A DNA stretch of 30,478 nt, taken from the NCBI GenBank assembly GCA_038217285.1, contig JBBQPO010000037.1:1-30478 (forward strand). The letters run 5' to 3'. The translations under genes and the position numbers were made by a program. Below are positions 26,516-30,478 of this stretch, in pieces. Position 1 is the stretch's first letter; the number at the start of each line of letters is the position of its first letter. Under the pieces are notes generated by a model. That model made no database searches. It was not told where the DNA came from and saw only the letters and a program-made list of their open reading frames with translations. The stretch comes from Chthonomonadales bacterium (GTDB lineage Bacteria > Armatimonadota > Chthonomonadetes > Chthonomonadales > Chthonomonadaceae).

Positions 26516-27730
26516 TCAGGCGAAGAGTTTCCAGTGCGGCCAGACCAGTTTCCCAACCAGCCAGATCAGATAGTAGGTCGCATAGGTCAGGCCCATGCCG
26601 GTCATGACCTGCACCATGCCGGAGAACCAGATGCGCTTGAAGATACCCGGTCGAGTTGGCGGGCTGTTCACGTAGCGGTTCAGCAACTCGTTGCCAGCGG
26701 CGATACCGCTCGCGAGTTCACGATCTGTGGCCGGGCGCGTGGTAAACCGCTCCTGTAAGAAGGTGCCGACGCTCCGCCACGTAAAGAGCGTGGCTACGAC
26801 AGCGATGATCTGCGCGATGCCGCCATCGAAGGCCGGAATATACGTAAAAGCCTGCGACAGGGTAGAGAACACCATGACCGCCGCGACCAGGTTGGTGCCA
26901 CAGCGCGGATGCGGGCGCGGCATGCGTCGTACAATGTCGGGATGCAGGCGTTCGCCGCGCTCCACGGCATGAACCGTCTGGTGTTCCGCCGCGTGGAAGC
27001 CGGCCAGGCGCGTCACTCGCATAAGGAGCAGGAACAGAACGAGTACGACGATGCTAAGCGCGACATAGACGAGCCCCATCGCCGGCTGACTGGCGGGTGG
27101 CACGTAGTCCGGGTCCAGTATATAGGCAGAGGGCAGGTGAACCACGTGGTTCAGCAACCAGCCGCCGCCCGTTATACAGAGATAGGACAGGCTGTAGAGC
27201 AGGGTCATCATGACCCCGGTCGTTATCAGCGCAAAATCGCTCGCCCCGGCGCGGATTGAACCGTCCGTCAGATAGACCCCAAAGGGAGTGGCCATGCCTC
27301 CGATCCGCGCGGGCCGTGGAGACTGCGCCTCCGGCAGCAGCAGATCGACGGCGCTGACAGTGCCGTAACAGTAGCCCTGCGAATCCACAACGGGTATTTC
27401 GCTCAGCCCGTGCAGCGCGCACAGCCGTCCAACCTCCGCAGTGCTCATGTCCGGGGAAGCGGTCGCGGCCGGAGCCTGCATCACGGTGGCGACAGGACGG
27501 TCGAGCAGATGTTCTCGAGCCGCACCTGCCTCCGTCTGCAGTACGGGAAGCAGACTGCTCTGCAGTACCACCCCTCGAAGATAACCGTTCTCAAGCACCG
27601 GCAGCGTCGCCAACGGTTGAAATCGGGTCAGACTAAGACAGCGACGAATGCTATCCTCCGGAGCGAGCGGGGGGGCGGGTCTCAGTACGGAGCGCAGACT
27701 GGGCTGCAACGACACATTAATTTCGGACAT
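26516..27730 (-). CDS. CBS-pair plus DUF1385 (YqhQ-like) membrane protein
   Basis: Two CBS repeats (LPVLENGYLRGVV, IPVVDSQG), IGGMATPFGV, TM helices, FHAAEHQTVH, HPRCGTN and QERFTTRP. Start placed downstream of the promoter (ATG options 27757, 27739, 27730). Confidence 0.85.
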   Translation of the reverse strand: MSEINVSLQPSLRSVLRPAPPLAPEDSIRRCLSLTRFQPLATLPVLENGYLRGVVLQSSLLPVLQTEAGAAREHLLDRPVATVMQAPAATASPDMSTAEVGRLCALHGLSEIPVVDSQGYCYGTVSAVDLLLPEAQSPRPARIGGMATPFGVYLTDGSIRAGASDFALITTGVMMTLLYSLSYLCITGGGWLLNHVVHLPSAYILDPDYVPPASQPAMGLVYVALSIVVLVLFLLLMRVTRLAGFHAAEHQTVHAVERGERLHPDIVRRMPRPHPRCGTNLVAAVMVFSTLSQAFTYIPAFDGGIAQIIAVVATLFTWRSVGTFLQERFTTRPATDRELASGIAAGNELLNRYVNSPPTRPGIFKRIWFSGMVQVMTGMGLTYATYYLIWLVGKLVWPHWKLFA

Positions 27731-27809
27731 GAAGTGCATCCTGTTCGGCGAACGCATGTTAGATCGGCGCCGACGGCGCTGCTCCAGGTCGCCCTGACCG
27801 ACACAACAG

Positions 27810-27839
27810 ATTATACAGTATGCGCCTCCCCTTTTGCAA
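27810..27839 (-). promoter_or_regulatory. Sigma70-type promoter TTGCAA-N18-TATAAT for the CBS-DUF1385/argS unit
   Basis: Perfect -10 on the minus strand in the divergent intergenic region. Confidence 0.65.
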
Positions 27840-28017
27840 GTTTCCGCATCGCACACAACCGTCCGAAACCGCCGGGACTGCGACTTGATCGCAAGTTTTT
27901 GTGTTCGGTCGCTTCATGGCCAATTCGCGATGATCGGCGGGGAGGATTCGGTTCAGGGTATAATACGAAGACGATTGGCCCTACTGCGAAACGGCGAGAA
28001 CGGAAGGGGAGCGAGCG

Positions 28018-29991
28018 ATGGTAACCCGCGAAATGATCGAAGAGAGACTGGAAGAGATACTGCCCACCGTAACGAAACCCGGACGTTACACCGGTGGTGA
28101 ACTGAATAGCGTCACCAAAGATCATGACTCCGTGGCGGTGCGGTATGCCATTGCGTTTCCCGATGCTTATGAGATCGGGATGAGCAACCTGGCGTGCAGT
28201 ATCATATACAACATGCTCAACAGCGGCACGGAAACCCTGTGCGAACGCGTCTACGCGCCCTGGCCGGATATGGACAAAGCGATGCGGCAGGCCGAGGTTC
28301 CGCTGTTCACCCTGGAGACCCGCACGCCTGTTGCGGAATACGACTTGATCGGTTTCGCGCTCTCCTTCGAACTCGCCTATACGAACGTCTTGAACATGCT
28401 CGACCTGGGCGGTATTCCCATCCATAACCTCGACCGTGATTCGGGGCAGGCCGATGGACGGCACTGGCCTATCATTTTCGCAGGCGGACACTGTACGTTC
28501 AATCCGGAGCCGATGGCTCCTTTTATCGATGTCTTCGTGATCGGGGAGGCGGAAGAGGTCCTTCCGGCCATGACCGAAACGATGCGCCTGTATAGGGATC
28601 TGCCGCGCGAAGAACTGCTGCTGCACTACGCCAATATTCCCGGATGCTACGTGCCGCGTTTTTATGCACCGGAATACGAAACCGCGCTGATGCGCCGCGA
28701 ACGTATGCAGCGCGCTGGCGTGTCGGATGAGCAGGCGGAGGCGCGTTACGACACGATGCCCCGTCTGCTGGCCACGAAACCGCTTCGCTCCGATGTCCCG
28801 GCGAAGATCGTGCGGCAGTGGGTTAAAGACGTCGATTCACTCGACTATCCTACAAAACCCATCATACCGTTCATCGAGGTTGTTCACGACCGGATCTCTC
28901 TCGAGGTGATGCGGGGTTGTACGCGTGGCTGTCGCTTCTGTCAGGCAGGAATGATCACGCGTCCAGTACGTGAAAAGTCGCCCGAGAAGCTGATGGAGCA
29001 GGCCGCTGAACTGGTGAAGAACACCGGCCATGAGGACATTTCGCTGGTCTCGCTCTCGACGGCGGACTACAGCCGTGTCGCCGACGTCGTCCACGACCTC
29101 ATCGACCGGTATGCCGGGAGCAAGGTAGGCGTTTCGCTGCCATCGCTGCGCGCCGACAAAGACTGTGTGGACCTGGTGCAGGAGATCAACAAAGTGCGCA
29201 AAACGGGGCTGACGTTCGCCCCGGAAGCCGGTTCACAGCGGATGCGCGATGTTACCAATAAGGGTGTCACGGAGGAGAACCTGCTCCACGCCTGCGACAC
29301 GGCGTTCTCGAACACCTGGCAGCGCGTGAAACTCTACTTCATGATCTCGCTGCCGACCGAGCAGGACGAGGATGTGCTGGCAATTGGCGACCTTGCCGCG
29401 AAATGCGCGGCGGTCGCACGCCGCAACGGGGTCAAGAATCCAACGATCAGCATTGGGGTCAGCGCCTTCGTACCGAAGCCCTTCACGCCCTTCCAGTGGC
29501 ACGGGCAGGACACCGCCGAAGAGGTAGGCCGTAAACAGCAGATGTTGAAACGTTCTATCCGGGATAAGGCCGTCGTCTACCGCCCCAACAACGAAAAAGG
29601 CATTCACCTCGAAGCCATTCTCTCCCTTGGGGATCGGCGGGTTGCCGAGGGCATTGAACTGGCGTGGCGTCGCGGGCAGGTTTTCGACGCTTGGGACGAG
29701 TACTTGAATTACAATCGCTGGATGGAGGCTTTCGCCGATACCGGGATCGACGTCCACTACTTCGCCAATCGGCACAAAGCCTACGACGAGCCTCTGCCCT
29801 GGGATCATATCGACTGCGGCGTCACCAAAGGCTATCTGCGCGCCGAGGACGTCCGCGCCCGCAAGGTGCAGATGACGCACGACTGCCACACAGACCCCTG
29901 CACCTTCTGTATGGCCTGCGACCGCGCCTACACCGAGAGCGCCAAGGGCCGCAAGAATCCCGACGCGCTGATCCAACTGTCCCCCGTTTAA
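28018..29991 (+). CDS. TIGR03960-type B12-binding radical SAM protein
   Basis: KPGRYTGGELN, FPDAYEIGMSN, CTRGCRFC (CxxxCxxC), LTFAPEAGSQRMR and a C-terminal Cys cluster DCHTDPCTFCMAC. Confidence 0.92.
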   Translation: MVTREMIEERLEEILPTVTKPGRYTGGELNSVTKDHDSVAVRYAIAFPDAYEIGMSNLACSIIYNMLNSGTETLCERVYAPWPDMDKAMRQAEVPLFTLETRTPVAEYDLIGFALSFELAYTNVLNMLDLGGIPIHNLDRDSGQADGRHWPIIFAGGHCTFNPEPMAPFIDVFVIGEAEEVLPAMTETMRLYRDLPREELLLHYANIPGCYVPRFYAPEYETALMRRERMQRAGVSDEQAEARYDTMPRLLATKPLRSDVPAKIVRQWVKDVDSLDYPTKPIIPFIEVVHDRISLEVMRGCTRGCRFCQAGMITRPVREKSPEKLMEQAAELVKNTGHEDISLVSLSTADYSRVADVVHDLIDRYAGSKVGVSLPSLRADKDCVDLVQEINKVRKTGLTFAPEAGSQRMRDVTNKGVTEENLLHACDTAFSNTWQRVKLYFMISLPTEQDEDVLAIGDLAAKCAAVARRNGVKNPTISIGVSAFVPKPFTPFQWHGQDTAEEVGRKQQMLKRSIRDKAVVYRPNNEKGIHLEAILSLGDRRVAEGIELAWRRGQVFDAWDEYLNYNRWMEAFADTGIDVHYFANRHKAYDEPLPWDHIDCGVTKGYLRAEDVRARKVQMTHDCHTDPCTFCMACDRAYTESAKGRKNPDALIQLSPV

Positions 29992-30013
29992 CGTGCTCCG
30001 ACCTGACCGCCGT

Positions 30014-30053
30014 CCCCTTCTCTGTTGCGTTCGGTTCGCTCACAGGGAAGGGG
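30014..30053. repeat. Stem-loop after the radical SAM stop (CCCCTTCTC...GGGAAGGGG-type palindrome)
   Basis: 12-bp stem 30014-30025/30042-30053 with an inner GCG/CGC pairing. No long U tract. Confidence 0.6.
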
Positions 30054-30106
30054 TTATCTCAACCGCTCGTCATCCTTTCCGATGCGGCTATCTGTACCTT
30101 ATGGTC

Positions 30107-30298
30107 GCCGCCCCTAAAGGAGCGGCCTGTTGGGGAAGGTTAAGGCCCATAAATGGGCCTGTGATGGTTGAAGGGGAGTGCAAATCTCTCCATCAGGGAT
30201 GGCTGACCCCCTTTTTTCTTGCGCAATCGCCAGTGCTCACGTCCGACCCAGCCCCCTTTAGGGGGCTTACCGCCTCAGACCGCTCCTTGAGGGGCGGG
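30107..30298. repeat. REP/REPIN-like compound palindromic element
   Basis: The left arm has GCCGCCCCTAAAGGAGCGGC and AGGCCCATAAATGGGCCT. The right arm has AGCCCCCTTTAGGGGGCT and CCGCTCCTTGAGGGGCGG. The arms are imperfect inverted copies around a ~90-bp spacer. Confidence 0.7.
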
Positions 30299-30338
30299 GA
30301 GTAAAGCGCGAGGAGGAGGTCCTTGATTAAGGCAAATC

Positions 30339-30478
30339 GTAACTGCTTAGGCCGATTCTGCCGTAGATTTTTCTTGCTCCATCGGGAATCTTTGAAGCGG
30401 ACACATCGTACAAACGAGTATGCTTACACCCGAGGAAATTCAGGCCATCTACGATAAGGGACCCGACGCAGTCGTGGA
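30339..30478 (+). mobile_element. Left end of an IS66-family element (ISBst12-like)
   Basis: Starts GTAACTGCTTAGG (IS66 IRs begin GTAA). A transposase-like N-terminus begins ~80 bp downstream. Confidence 0.65.
30420..30478 (+). CDS. Partial IS66-family transposase N-terminus
   Basis: MLTPEEIQAIYDKGPDAVV... resembles the N-termini of single-ORF IS66 transposases. It runs off the window and is not in the ORF track. Confidence 0.6.
   Translation, partial: MLTPEEIQAIYDKGPDAVV

Noticed and set aside
27731-27856. Cys-rich N-terminal extension of the CBS-DUF1385 ORF
   Set aside because: It overlaps the predicted promoter at 27810-27839, so the real start is downstream.
27935-27964. Full promoter call for the radical SAM gene
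   Set aside because: TATAAT is present at 27959-27964 but there is no -35 at 17-18 bp, so support is insufficient.
30161-30220. tRNA fragment or cobalamin riboswitch (GGAG-TGCAAAT-CTCTCC)
   Set aside because: A T-loop-like hairpin only, with no cloverleaf and no B12 box. It lies downstream of the gene inside a palindromic element.

Overview
A GC-rich bacterial chromosomal segment. Gene style and content suggest Armatimonadota, which is an inference. Both edges appear to be insertion-sequence ends. At the left (1-138), an IS21-like end interrupts a secreted DUF6531/YD (RHS) gene. At the right (30339-30478) is an IS66/ISBst12-like left end and transposase start. In order, the window holds: (1) a lipoprotein C39-type cysteine peptidase upstream of the RHS gene, whose pro-region carries a double-glycine-leader-like motif, with a candidate ~72-nt cis-antisense sRNA (own promoter and terminator) between the two genes; (2) a minus-strand run of cdaA-cdaR, a membrane protein, DUF4129, DUF4350, moxR, a GT4 glycosyltransferase, rsmG and an exported His-rich protein; (3) a divergent LysM-SH3-NlpC/P60 hydrolase with a long structured leader; (4) a candidate extracytoplasmic redox module of a CxxCH-DUF2231 cytochrome, two Tat-exported Gfo/Idh/MocA proteins (one degenerate) and a signal-less ApbE, convergent with DUF1080 and a long ADP-ribosylglycohydrolase-family gene; (5) P-II, an orphan BlaI, a large secreted protein, an ASCH/YqfB-like gene, an ArgRS with non-canonical class I motifs, a CBS-DUF1385 fusion, a TIGR03960-type radical SAM gene and palindromic repeats. 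All family calls come from recognising motifs by eye, not from database searches.
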